64,000 bases of DNA from Spizellomyces punctatus DAOM BR117 (lineage: Eukaryota), in the NCBI GenBank assembly GCA_000182565.2, contig KQ257450.1; one strand, given 5' to 3'. This document shows, piece after piece, positions 14,152 through 25,278 of this stretch. A program made the position numbers and the translations under genes. Numbering within the stretch: position 1 is the stretch's first letter; every line of letters starts with the position of its first letter. Below the pieces are notes generated by a model. The model saw only the letters and a program-made list of their open reading frames with translations. It was not told the origin of the DNA and did no database searches.

Positions 14152-14310
14152 TGTTTCCTGCCCACAGTATGAACATTGGTTTCTTGACTGCAATTATAAA
14201 CAAACCAAGCAGGGGTCACGTGCACTTTCGATCACTTGGCGACCCGACAGGGGAATGCATTCCTTACCACCTTTTGGTACGCCAGATCTACAATTTAACG
14301 GTAACTGACA

Positions 14311-15064
14311 ATGCAGCGAAGCGGGGAGCCTTCCTGGTACGTACAAGTTATTAAGCGTGTAATATATCGTAGCGAGGTCTAAAATGCAATGCTGACACAC
14401 TTCACTGTTGAAAGGGTCGACAAGGCCAAGATGGGTGTGTAACTCATTGCAAGTTGGTCGATAGTCTTGGTACGATGTCAACCGTATTCTTCTGTTCTCT
14501 TTTCAGGGTTCATGATGGGTGCATCAGCGGGCATGTGTGTTGGCTTCTTGTACGGCTCCCTGACAGTTTTACGGTAAGTGCGGATCGCTGTGGATCTACG
14601 ACCTGCCTTTACTTCATGGAAGCACAGCCTGGGTTAAATACGGTACTGATTCGTCGATTTATCGTTCTTGTTTCGTGCAAATTGCAGAGGCGGTCCTGAG
14701 CCTGGAAGGTAGGTATACCCTTCCAGTCTTGCAAAGTTATAGATTTATTTTAACATTTTGCACATTTCTCATAGGGGCTACATGTCAACGGTTGGAAAGT
14801 ACATGCTGCAACACGGTGCTATGTTGGGCTTCTTTCTGAGCATTGGAGCTTTCTTGGTAAGTAGCACGGAACCGAAAAGGCGTGGGACTGACTGCACTCA
14901 CACACGTTTATGCTCTGCCATTGCAGCGTGCAGAGGAACAGCGTATCGAATATCCACAACCCAAGTCGTTTACGCCATGGGGTATACGGCAGGCCAGATT
15001 ACCAATTATCGTGGAACGGACGCCGTTGGTTGCACCCACCCGAGATGGCCGCTCGTCCTTTTAG
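14311..15064 (+). CDS. MGR2: Mitochondrial TIM23 subunit Mgr2/Romo1, multi-exon with microexons
   Basis: Spliced reading MQRSGEPSW|VDKAKMG|FMMGASAGMCVGFLYGSLTVLR|GGPEPGR|GYMSTVGKYMLQHGAMLGFFLSIGAFL|RAEEQ... matches the Romo1/Mgr2 pattern. Confidence 0.8.
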
Positions 15065-15327
15065 ACTCGAAGAATTGCGCATTGCTTTTCAAATATACAT
15101 CACACGCTTGCTAAATGTTGACGATTGCTATCATTAAATGTGCGTGTTCGAGACCCATCAGCTAAATCATTAAATACATATCATGAATCCACCCCAGCAC
15201 CAATCAGTGACTATTTCTATAGCAGAATATCGATTTTGTGGCGAGATCAATCTGATGCCCTCTCAAATCCCGTTCTCCTTCCATTGCCGAAAGTCTCATA
15301 ATATATACAGAGTAAGGTGTGGAGATT

Positions 15328-15882
15328 TTAAACTTCGTTGTCTTGAAGTAGCATGTTCGGGACACCATCCTTGATTGGGTAGACGTGACCGCACCCATTG
15401 CACACCATTTGAGCCTCTTTCACTCGGGTCTTTTGAAAAGAAAAATGAGCGACTCACTCATAATGACAATATCCAACGATTACCCACCTCCAATGCAACT
15501 TGATGGACTTTTCGCAGAAATGCCTCGTCCTGAACATCTGGCAGCTCTTTTGGCAGCTCTGCCACACCCAGCTGTTTACACAAGCGCAAAATGAGACTTG
15601 ACCAAGCTACGACAAAAAGCACTTGTTCTCTTACCGCAAACGCAGTGTGAACCAGCACGTTCCAGTCCAATTTCGGTATTAGCCGACGAATAAAGTCTTC
15701 ACTATACTCTGCGTCCAGTGATTCGAGCTGGACTTCCTTCAGCTCCAATGGATAACTTTGAGAAGGGTCACAGCCTTTTGCGTGGCATTGCAACATGTTA
15801 TGTGTAATAAGCCTGTAGGTAGGTACATTGGGCATAAGCTATACATAAAAACACTGAAATCGTGCTGCTGTGCTTACCTCAT
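15328..15882 (-). CDS. TRM112: Methyltransferase activator Trm112
   Basis: MR|LITHNMLQCHAKGC..YPL..DFIRRLIPKLDW..LRKVHQVALE|TRVKEAQMVCNGCGHVYPIKDGVPNMLLQDNEV*; 5-nt first coding exon. Confidence 0.92.
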
Positions 15883-15956
15883 GTCTACTGATCTCTTGCA
15901 CACAAACGTTGAGGAGAAGATGCTCAGAACGGAGGTTGAAATTTGCTGTGCCTTCA

Positions 15957-15973
15957 GTTGTTGGTATGGCAAC
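15957..15973. promoter_or_regulatory. X-box-like (RFX) motif in TRM112/ERV2 divergent promoter
   Basis: GTTGTTGGTATGGCAAC. Confidence 0.35.
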
Positions 15974-16061
15974 CACATCGCTTACGAGCAGTTATGTGGA
16001 GTTTGAATCATGACTGCGAGATATCCAATGACCCCATTTCGCAGATGGAAAGTATGATAAC

Positions 16062-16802
16062 ATGCTGCATTTGCGGAAGAAATGGGTACTTGTTACCTTG
16101 GTTGCCCTGACAATGTTAGTCTTGGGCTTTATGTTGGCTGGAGCGGAAAGACGGAATAGTATGCGACTCTGGCGGGGATTGCAGCAGCACACTTCTGTGG
16201 AACTTTCAACGCCAAAGAGCAAAGGCACTCACATGCAGACGCAGGACTTGACAGAGCAAATAGACGGAAAATCAAGCTCGCTATCCGAGTTACGGAAACC
16301 TGGAGAAGTTATCATGAGTAAAATGGTGAACGAAACTTTAAAGTATGTATTCTAATTCTGGACACCAGGCGAAAGTGGATATCTCATATTTTTGGCCAAC
16401 AATCCTTAGAGCGGAGCTGGGTAGATCAGCATGGCGGTTGCTGCATACAATGGCTGGCAAGTTTCCAGTAGAACCTACAGTAGACGAACAAGAAGCTATG
16501 CGGGATTTTGTTTATCTGTTTGCCCGACTATATCCTTGCGGCGATTGGTATGTGATATGATGCAAACTTGTTCCAACTTTGCGTATCCCGAGCTAATATG
16601 ATGTGTCAGCGCTCGGCACTTCAAGGTTGTCCTGGAGGCAAATCCTCCCGATGTCACTACCCGCGAAACTATTTCAAACTGGGCCTGCAAAGTGCACAAT
16701 GTGGTCAACGAAAGATTAAAGAAACCTATTTTCGACTGCGCAAAACTCGCAGAAACTTGGAAGTGCGGGTGCGCGGAGAATGAGGAAGAAGCATCGTCCT
16801 AG
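16062..16802 (+). CDS. ERV2: ER sulfhydryl oxidase Erv2 (ERV/ALR family)
   Basis: N-terminal TM, LGRSAWRLLHT, LYPCGDC (CxxC across a splice), WACKVHNVVNERLKKPIFDC, and C-terminal CGC. Confidence 0.9.
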
Positions 16803-16950
16803 TTTCCAGCTGGATCAGACGATATGATGCACGCAACGTCTTCAATGTTTATTTATCCCCATCCCATAAACAATAGACCGTAATGTGGAAGAGCGGGTTA
16901 GATTACTGTACGTATTATCGTGATCGTATCACATTAGTCAGCCAGCCAAG

Positions 16951-17959
16951 CTATTTAGCAATACATGGGTATTGTTTCCCGTTGTAGACAAACGTCCCGC
17001 TCTGGTAGATATCCTCCAGGATGTTCTCAAGTTTGCCGTTGACACCACGACATCCATCTGTAACTTTCTGTGCCCATAAAAAGTATTCGCGTACTCGATC
17101 TAGCGTCCTGTCATCCGCGCACGTTAGCTGTGGCAGGCACGATTCTTGTTTCATTCGAATTGACATTACATACCAATCAGCTGGCGGTTCCCGTTGTAGA
17201 TCCCGCAGGTTATAGATCTGCCATTAGATGAGGCGAATGTCAGTTGTAGTTTAGAAGCCATAAATTGAGAAAATATGCAAATACCTTGTCCGCCATCTTT
17301 ACCAGTTTGGCCTGAAGCGTAATGTGTTTGAAAACCATTCTTTTAGGGGATTCCTTTCATTCGTTCCTACCTTGTCCGATTTTTTAGGCGCATTCTCTAC
17401 TTGCAGCCTGCTCAGTATTCATAATCAATATCATGATTGTGTCGAGTTCAACGTGCTACCCCACCATACCGCTTCCGCTCTGCTTTGGGTAGAGTTTTGT
17501 CGTCTGTGCATTCCGCTACGATTTGACGTACTTCGTTGCCAAATTCTAGCTCTAGCTACAGTCCCGTGTCAGTTGTGCGAAATGTTCTACCCTGACTTTC
17601 GCCATACCTCCTCAAAACTAGTATCGGTGTCTTCAACTGTCGAGTCATTGGTCAGACGAAAGCACTAATACTACTATGCAAGTGACATCGCACCTGTATC
17701 ATGAAGCACTGCCGCTTGCAGCGCACCAATGTCCTGCACGTCGCCTTCATACCAAAGAATGTGCGCGCTTATAATGCGGCATCACATTAGCAAAGGGTTC
17801 ACCAACATTGTCAGGTTTGGCGACGTCTTACACGCCGATGGGATGGTTTATATAAGGTGTTCCGGCAGAGTCCTTTCGACGTTGAGTCGAGTGCTTCAAT
17901 GCAGCAAAGTGGATAGCGTGCAGCAACTGGCCGACAGGTGGAATGGATGTTTTGGACAT
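16951..17959 (-). CDS. HDDC3: MESH1/HDDC3 small alarmone (ppGpp)/NADPH HD hydrolase
   Basis: Spliced reading MSKTSIPPVGQLLHAIHFAALKHSTQRRKDSAGTPYINHPIG..ALQAAVLHDT|VEDTDTSFEE..TDDKTLPKAERKR..AKLVKMADK|IYNLRDL..RVREYFLWAQKVTDGCRGVNGKLE is closely collinear with MESH1. Confidence 0.92.
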
Positions 17960-18511
17960 TTGCTTTGCTCACCAAAATGCCCAATGAGCGATCGCAAGAT
18001 ATCATCTAACGCGTGCTACGCGTGTGCCGGTCCAGCAAATGCATTTGCTGGCTGTCTGAATAAACAATCCTTCCCCCATGGTCCCCAACATTCCGTTAAT
18101 GCTTGTCGTTCACCTCAAACTTGGTTTCCATCAAAGGAGGGCGATGGTATGCCATGCAAAGAGACCCATCATGCTTTATCTATTAGTTAAAACTTTCAAG
18201 CCACTTCATGAATTCCTGGTGAATTCCTGGAGGCGTTCTGAGCAACGTCCTGCCTTCCCATAGACGGGGCATAGCAAAAACGCACACAGCTCAAAGGCGT
18301 CGCAATGCGATGCAAATGTCATCTTCCGCTGCGTTTTGGGAAGGACCATAGCAACGCGGTTGTCAGGTTGGTCGTTGGGCGTTGCGGTTACCATGACATG
18401 TTAACCAGATCTGCAAAGCCAACCCAAGTTCGCGGGAGGATCTCAAGCTGGTTGGCGGCGAGATTTACGCTCTGCCTGAGAGCTCTACTTGCATCCCCTG
18501 TTGCATTCACC

Positions 18512-19543
18512 ATGAGCCAAAGCTTTGCTACCCTCTTTCGGTCGTCGGGATTTGCGGCGCTCGACTCTACCGGTCAGCAGGCACTGAAAACACCGTTTAG
18601 TCAAAGAGGCGCTGGAAACTGGGGCCTCAAACATGACCTACCAAAGAATACCCAAATTCACTACGTGCAAGTCTCACAGCATGATCATCCTTGGACGAAA
18701 GCTCCCAAGTACAAGTCCGCCTCTGATCGGGTCAGACTCTTGGAACGATGGAACGAACTCATGCCGGCCGTTGGGGAGATTCCACCTGCGAGAGCAGAGG
18801 CAATGAATTCATTTGCAAGAGATCCCGAAGCACGTCTGGAGACGGTAAATGGAAAGGCTGCGGACTGGACGCCGAGGCCCCAGCACGTGGCGAAAATGAC
18901 ACCAGCGGAATGGGCGGAAAAGGTGGCAGAAGCACGACGCCGACGAAAAGAGTTCAACTCCCAGTCGTTTGATCGCGGGACTTGGACAGAGTTCCTCAAT
19001 GTTACCGGACCGATCGAGGGAACCTACGCCTCAGACACTCCCGTAGGTGTGCCGGTACATCCACCGACATATCGTATCGCCAAGGAAGAGAGCGAGAAAC
19101 CTGTGAAGGGCCGACTCTTGAATACAGTTTCCTTCGCGGCGAGAGGGAACCAGCATTGGGCTATTGGTGTGGGTGGAATAGTAGCTTACCTGCACAGGGG
19201 CCAGCAACCAGGGGAAAAGAACAACGAGTTCAGCGGACATAAGGCAGACAGGAATCCACTAATGAATTTCGTAGTAGAACATGCACAGTTTGACGAGTTT
19301 GGACGGCCTGAGGTAGTCTTGGGATTCCCTCCTGAAAATTCGCTGAAGCAGCAAAAGGTCAAGCGAGATTCCATGAGCCTTTTCTCTCAAGCTTCCTCGA
19401 ATGCAACTCCCAGCGAGCCCCCAACAAGTAGCAGCATTCTCAATATTCTGAAGGCAATGCAAACTGGAAAGACAACCCCCTCCCGTAAGGGAGGCTTTTC
19501 CTTCAAGCCGTCGGAGAGAGATGAGCCAGATAATAAAGAATGA
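18512..19543 (+). CDS. MRP51: Mitochondrial small-subunit ribosomal protein bS1m/Mrp51-like
   Basis: MSQSFATLFRSSGFA..GNWGLKHDLP N-terminal motif, plus VKGRLLN..AIGVGGIVAYL. Confidence 0.7.
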   Translation: MSQSFATLFRSSGFAALDSTGQQALKTPFSQRGAGNWGLKHDLPKNTQIHYVQVSQHDHPWTKAPKYKSASDRVRLLERWNELMPAVGEIPPARAEAMNSFARDPEARLETVNGKAADWTPRPQHVAKMTPAEWAEKVAEARRRRKEFNSQSFDRGTWTEFLNVTGPIEGTYASDTPVGVPVHPPTYRIAKEESEKPVKGRLLNTVSFAARGNQHWAIGVGGIVAYLHRGQQPGEKNNEFSGHKADRNPLMNFVVEHAQFDEFGRPEVVLGFPPENSLKQQKVKRDSMSLFSQASSNATPSEPPTSSSILNILKAMQTGKTTPSRKGGFSFKPSERDEPDNKE

Positions 19544-19811
19544 GAGCACCTTATAGAATGCGGTCTGACAACTGGCGGGGATAGACATCTGTAATATCAT
19601 TTGTGTACATTGTTATCATGAAATACTCCTTTGCATCTTATTTCCATCCTCTTGTGCTGCGCCAACATGGCAGTGATGTACGTTCCGTTCCAGCTAAACT
19701 CGTGTCCGCTAGTAATAAGGTCAATAATGAAATCAATTTGGAAATGCGCTCTGTTGATTTTATTTACATATGCAAGAAGATACATGGGATGACGACAAAG
19801 TACGGTCACAG

Positions 19812-20954
19812 TCAACCGCGCAATAGCTTACAGTGCTTTAGAATCCCATGCTCGAACGTGGCAATGACAGCGATGGAGAACGCCAGCCCATGATAAGATA
19901 GCTTTACGCAATTTGAGAAACGCAGGGTTCCCGTGAAATCCAAAAGATAATAGGTGGGTCTAGTCTCTTCATACGAGGTATAGGTCCAGGAACACAAGAG
20001 ACCAATCGACGTGATGACAAAGAAGGCAAGATCGTTGTCTAGTGATTGGGTTTGAAACAGACCCATGTCAAAGCGAACCTGGTCACTGAAATGGGCAGCC
20101 CAGGAACAAACGCCAGGCGAGAGTTTCATATTCCTTGATGGACCGATAGATGCGATCGTTGATAGATCTCGCTTTGGTACATTCCCATTCTTCTCATCCT
20201 TCTCGTCGCTACCTTTCCTAAAACCGTTGTAAAACATTCGCCGAAGCATGCGATTATTGGTTGTTGTTGGGTCTTGAGCATTCAATAGGGCATATGCAAA
20301 ATGAACGCAAAACACCCTTTCCCACACGACCTCTTCATTGCATAATCGATACCATGCTCTGCACACGCTTGATAACTTGCCTCTGTCATCATAGCTTCTT
20401 ATGGCAGAGGCCAATATCTGCGCCTGTATTTCATCGGGCAGATCAAGCAACGTTGTATCACCCTTCTTACTGCCTCCACCTGCGGGTATTGAAGTCGACC
20501 GGGTATTCGTCGTAAGACGTGGTGTACGCGATCTTCCCTCGTGACATAGTCGCCAAATCTCCGTCATTAGCGGTCTCAGGTTTAAGCAGTCGCTCTTGTC
20601 AGAGTGAGCAAAAAAGCACTCTCGTCGCGCTCGCAATTTGCAGGATTGACCTCTTGAACACCATGAAACTGCGCGCTGATCATGCCGAAGAGTACAATCA
20701 CTTCCTTTTGGACATCCTTTTGGGTGTTTTGACACCACGCCGTCCTCGATTGTCCAATAATTTCTGCACAGCGGCCATTGTTTGGATATCTTTGCGCGGT
20801 AGGAAATGATGCGAGGTGTTAAAAACGTACTTAGGCGATCAAAGTATGGATTTTCAACGCTCTGCTTATAGCGGTGAGGAAGTTGGAAGAAGCAGAGAAT
20901 GTGGTCGTGGGAGCGCATCGGGGCGATTGGGCGATTTGAGAGCCATTTTCTCAC
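19812..20954 (-). CDS. F-box protein with N-terminal CCCH-type zinc fingers (ends uncertain)
   Basis: LLDLPDEIQAQILASAIRSYDDRGKLSSVCRAWYRLCNEEVVW is an F-box. Upstream Cys/His clusters are CRNY..CPKGSDCTLRH and CSRGQSC..CFFAH. Confidence 0.7.
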   Translation of the reverse strand: MRKWLSNRPIAPMRSHDHILCFFQLPHRYKQSVENPYFDRLSTFLTPRIISYRAKISKQWPLCRNYWTIEDGVVSKHPKGCPKGSDCTLRHDQRAVSWCSRGQSCKLRARRECFFAHSDKSDCLNLRPLMTEIWRLCHEGRSRTPRLTTNTRSTSIPAGGGSKKGDTTLLDLPDEIQAQILASAIRSYDDRGKLSSVCRAWYRLCNEEVVWERVFCVHFAYALLNAQDPTTTNNRMLRRMFYNGFRKGSDEKDEKNGNVPKRDLSTIASIGPSRNMKLSPGVCSWAAHFSDQVRFDMGLFQTQSLDNDLAFFVITSIGLLCSWTYTSYEETRPTYYLLDFTGTLRFSNCVKLSYHGLAFSIAVIATFEHGILKHCKLLRG

Positions 20955-21117
20955 GCTGATCTCTACGATGGACTTTTGTCACTTGCCCCTCCTTAGCAAC
21001 GCTGTTGCTATGCTCGATCCAACCTGCGCGATGCTGCCTTCTCGTTCCAAGATCACCTACAGAAATGAGGCATCTGCTCAACGTTCTTCGCTCACCCACA
21101 CCTGGAGCTATTCTCGC

Positions 21118-22070
21118 ATGTCCCTCTCTACATTTCAAAGCCGCTTTGCGTATCAAAGGTACTTGCGCGTTCAAATACTCGCCATCGTCGTGTCGCATGT
21201 TGTCTTACATGAAGTGTGTCATAAACAAGTCCCATATCGGACCTGGTCACTACAAGAATGCCGTCGTCACTCGACAAGACCTTCCCAACAAGCTTCAACA
21301 CATTGGCGACCGCGTCCCATCACCAATGATACACTACTATATGAGAACCCCGACCAGTCGTTTTACCGGGTGGCATACTTTTGTGCGGGGGGCCAACTGC
21401 TTCTGTGGTTGACGTTTGCTGACTGGTGCTGGAGAGAGCTTCAAGTCTCAAAGGAGAATCCGGACGGCAGGTTGGTGAGCTTTGCTGACACTTTTCATTG
21501 GTTCTCATATTGACTCTATCGTACCTTTATGAATAGTAAAGAATACGTCTTGGCGCCTAGACTGGAGCGAACAGGGGCTGCTGCTTTTTGTCTAAGCATT
21601 GGGGGGCTGTTTGCGGCTGCAGTACATTTATGGAGCTCACGGTATGAACGCTTGATTGTTTGGTAATATCCTTGAGTATTCTTCTATAACTCTTATTCTA
21701 GGAGAGTTCGAGCGCTGACGGTATTGAAAGGAGGGCAGTACATTGGGATAGATACTAGCAACCTCCTTGGCAAAAACCGCGTCGTCATTCAAACAAGACG
21801 GTTGCGAACTTGGGAACGGGCTTACAAGTACGGCGGTAAGTAGCGACGTTGGGCGTTACAATTCGCTGGCGTGCGCTCATCAGCCTATCCACAGATGCAG
21901 CACCAGCAGATCGCTGGAAGGGCCAGACTTCAACATTCTCCAAAGTTGCTGGGCACCGAGCCTACATTATCCTAAAGCCAGAAACGCATAGAACGGGTTT
22001 CATGGTTGATCGCAGCGGGGAATTTCTAGAACCTCAGCTGTTTGATTTTCTCTTTTACAAAAAGGCATAG
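21118..22070 (+). CDS. TMEM223/Mrx15-like mitochondrial membrane protein
   Basis: TLLYENPDQSFYRVAYFCAGGQLLLW, second TM (AAFCLSIGGLFAAAV), RVRALTVLKGG, and C-terminal FMVDRSGEFLEPQLFDFLF. Start is uncertain. Confidence 0.7.
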
Positions 22071-22138
22071 AATGAAGATCCCATTTATTTATCTACTTAC
22101 ACGCTATAATACAAAATCAACTGCTCCCATGAGTAGCC

Positions 22139-24895
22139 CTACATTATGCTAATGCCCTGATCTTGAAAACTCGACAACGCCTCTGCCGCTCCATGGGCAA
22201 CAGCTTCATCATTGGCTAACAATAATCTCTTTAATGCTTTGACAGCACCCGCCGCCTCTAATCGGCGTGCGTAATCCGCGTTAGCCTTAGCAAGGTTCTT
22301 CAAGCATTCCACTCCGCGGTGATGCAATTCCGCATGCGTTTCTTCCTCTTTGACCATGCCCATGACTACCTCGATCCCGCGACTTTCCTCCATTATGAGT
22401 CTACAAGCATTCTCACTTGAACTCAGGATTGCCAGCGCACCGGCTGCCGCACGCCTTGTTCCAAAGTCCTCCGCATCCGAAAGTGCCACAAACATTCGAA
22501 GTCTATGAGATTGACCCGCGTTCGCGTAGCTGTTATATACCTGTGGGTCAAACATCATATTGCATAACGCTTCCGTCGCGGCTCGTCTGATCATCTCATT
22601 GTCAGAAAATTGAAGATACTCCATGGCTTTTACCCCGCCTGCTTGTACGATTCTTGTGCGAACCTCATCATTCATGCTCGCCAAATTTGTGAGTGCCATT
22701 AGTGCTTCGAATTGCCGTAGCCCATTTTCACCATTACATAGTGCTATAAGCGGTCGGACGATCTCGGCAGCGCGCTGACCCTTAAAGGCTAAGTTCGGAT
22801 CGACGGTAATGGCCACTTTTGCTAGAGCCTGAGCGGCGATTGCGATGCCCTCTGGAGTTCCGCTCTTTGTGAGCTCAACCAATGCTTTTGCCCCACCTTG
22901 CTGCACGATAACGCCATGAAGACGCTTGTCGGTTGCAAAGTTTAGAAATATCTGGGATATTGTATCACGAATTCGGGGACTATCTGATTTGGCTAGGTGG
23001 ACCACCGCGGATATGGCGCCAGCTTGAGCCGCCATGAGCGCCCGCTTGGCCACGGGAAGATCATCGTCAAGGGGGTCAGGCTTCTCTACAGAAATGTCCT
23101 TTGCCATCTCCCGTAACTTGCGGACTTGTTCTTCCTCCTGGGTAAGCTTCCGCCGGTAGGATGTGAGGTTGGCGATAATGGTGACTACTCCAAAATGTAG
23201 TGCCCGATCCTCCGACGTGACAAATCCCAATAAAGTTTTCATAAAGGAGAGGTTGTATGCCAGTTTTTCCTTTATGGCAGGCTGCATAGTCAAGTACGCG
23301 AGTCCCTCTACCGCCCGCAGCTTTGACGTAGTATCCGCTTTGCCATCACTGAGAGTGACGACGAATGATTCAGCCATAGTCAAAGGATTCAAGTCAACAA
23401 GCTTTCCCAAATCTTTATTTGCAGAAACCAGTTTTGTCACTGTTACAGAGGCAGCACTCCGCAACCGACCATCCTGCTCTTTGATCATTTTCTGCAGAAA
23501 CGGTGAGCACGTATTGGCCACAAGGGTCCTGCAATCCTTCTCCGCACAAGCGCTTGAAAGTACTTCTATGGTGGCCAGTTGGATTTCTACTGGCTCAAAT
23601 TCGATGCAATCCATTATTGATTCCAACAAGCCAGGTTTCATCAAGATCGCACTCCCGTATGAGCTGCGAGCTTGGAAAACCGCAGCAAGGGCAAGTAAGC
23701 CTTTGGATTTCTTACTAGAATTTTCTCCGTCCAGCCAGTCTCGAATGAGTCTGTAGCACGCTTCCTGGACTGCCTTCTCGTGCTTGTCGTCAACTTGCTC
23801 AAAGATGCGCGCGAGCGCGGCCGGGACCAGGCCGCGTATTTTCTCGTTACTGTCATCAACCAGTCCAAATAAAGCAACGTTCTCAGAGCTTCGCACTAAT
23901 GCCATGGCGAGATCTCCATTGGCAATCGCCTTAATCAGGCCACCGAAAGATGAAACCCGTACAACGTCGCTGTGCGATGGCGCCAGTCGCCGCGTGAGAG
24001 TCTTGATGATGAAGGACGCGTTATCAGTGAGGCCTAGTTGTGATAATTGACCAGATGCTTGAAGGACGAGAGTTGACACAATATCGGTCGCTAATTGCAC
24101 GGACATGGCGTCCTGTTCACCCAAAAACAGGCTGATTGTTTCCTCTGTAATGTATGGCAGTAACAGGGGAGCGTGTTCCGGAATGTTTGCAATGTTCCCA
24201 ATGATGGAAAGCAAAGCAGCCTGCAGCGATGGGGCTCCCTGTTCTCCATTGGTTTCGCGCTCCCGTATCATTGCAGGAAACAAAAGCTCTACTCCACCTT
24301 CCTTCACTAATCTCCCACAAACATCTGGCTCTTTGGAAAGCACCATTAAGCGTTGTGCGGCTTCAAACGCTTGTCGCGTCTTTTTTAGTCGGTCCTTATC
24401 ATCGTTCGATATAGAGCCGGTAGCCTGTAATAGGAAGCCTTTCAGCGAGACCTTGTTTGACGCCGTCTCCTCTGACGTTGTCCTAAGCAAATCCCGCATC
24501 GCGTTGATTGCGTCTGCATTATTTCGGTCCAAGCTGAGCGCTGTCTTGATATCTCTGAGAGCCTCATCATACTTGCTCACCGCTTTGAACGCTGCGGCGC
24601 GCTTGAGGAGGACCTGAGCAGACAAACTCGTCTTTTGCAGCTCTATCCTTTCCATATCAAAGGGCGAGCAATTGAATACAGGAGACACACATATTCAAAG
24701 AACAGTGATGTCGTCGTGAATAAGTTACCTGCAGTCAGGTCCTCAATCGTCCGCTCCCAGTTCCCTTGACTTGCTTCGGTATCTTGAATGTCGGGTGATC
24801 CTAAAGCAGATGCGTTTGTTACTGATCATACCACTACAAAAAGACCGGCCTCTTTTCTCAAGTTTGCAGTGCAACCTACCATGAGAAGCAGCCAT
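22139..24895 (-). CDS. UCS-domain myosin chaperone (UNC-45/She4/CRO1) with N-terminal TPR
   Basis: ARM repeats with AAQALAKVAITVDP, FEALMALTNLAS, MIRRAATEALCNM, RRAAAGALAILS, ELHHRG. TPR-like segment LLKRAAAFKAVSKYDEALRDIKTALSLDRNN. Two short 5' exons inferred. Confidence 0.9.
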
Positions 24896-25278
24896 CTTGG
24901 AATCCCAATGCGTTCAAAATTCCGCAGAAGAATTCGTTGAAGAAAGTCGCCCAAAAAACTCGTCGCCAGGCGGTTATAAAGGGCAATAAACTGAAAGCCC
25001 GTCGGACGCGTTTCTATCGTAAGCGAAACCAACGATCGTCCATCCGCTTCTTGCTGGGCTTTTGGTTTTTGAAAACGCTGGTGGTGTGGTCTGGCATTCT
25101 TTGCTTATTGGAAAGGATTATACCCACTTGAGATTGCCAACTCGTCGCAAACAAGCTTTGTCAGTGAGCACACTGTGAGTTTTCAAGGTGGGTTTGTTGT
25201 TAATTTACTTGCAGGTGGGGAATCTATCATAGCGTCAAACCATCATCACCCAACTGACATCCACGTACACCAGAGTAG

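Noticed and set aside
18305-18511. N-terminal extension of the MRP51 ORF
   Set aside because: Family similarity begins at ATG 18512; the upstream part is probably UTR or promoter.
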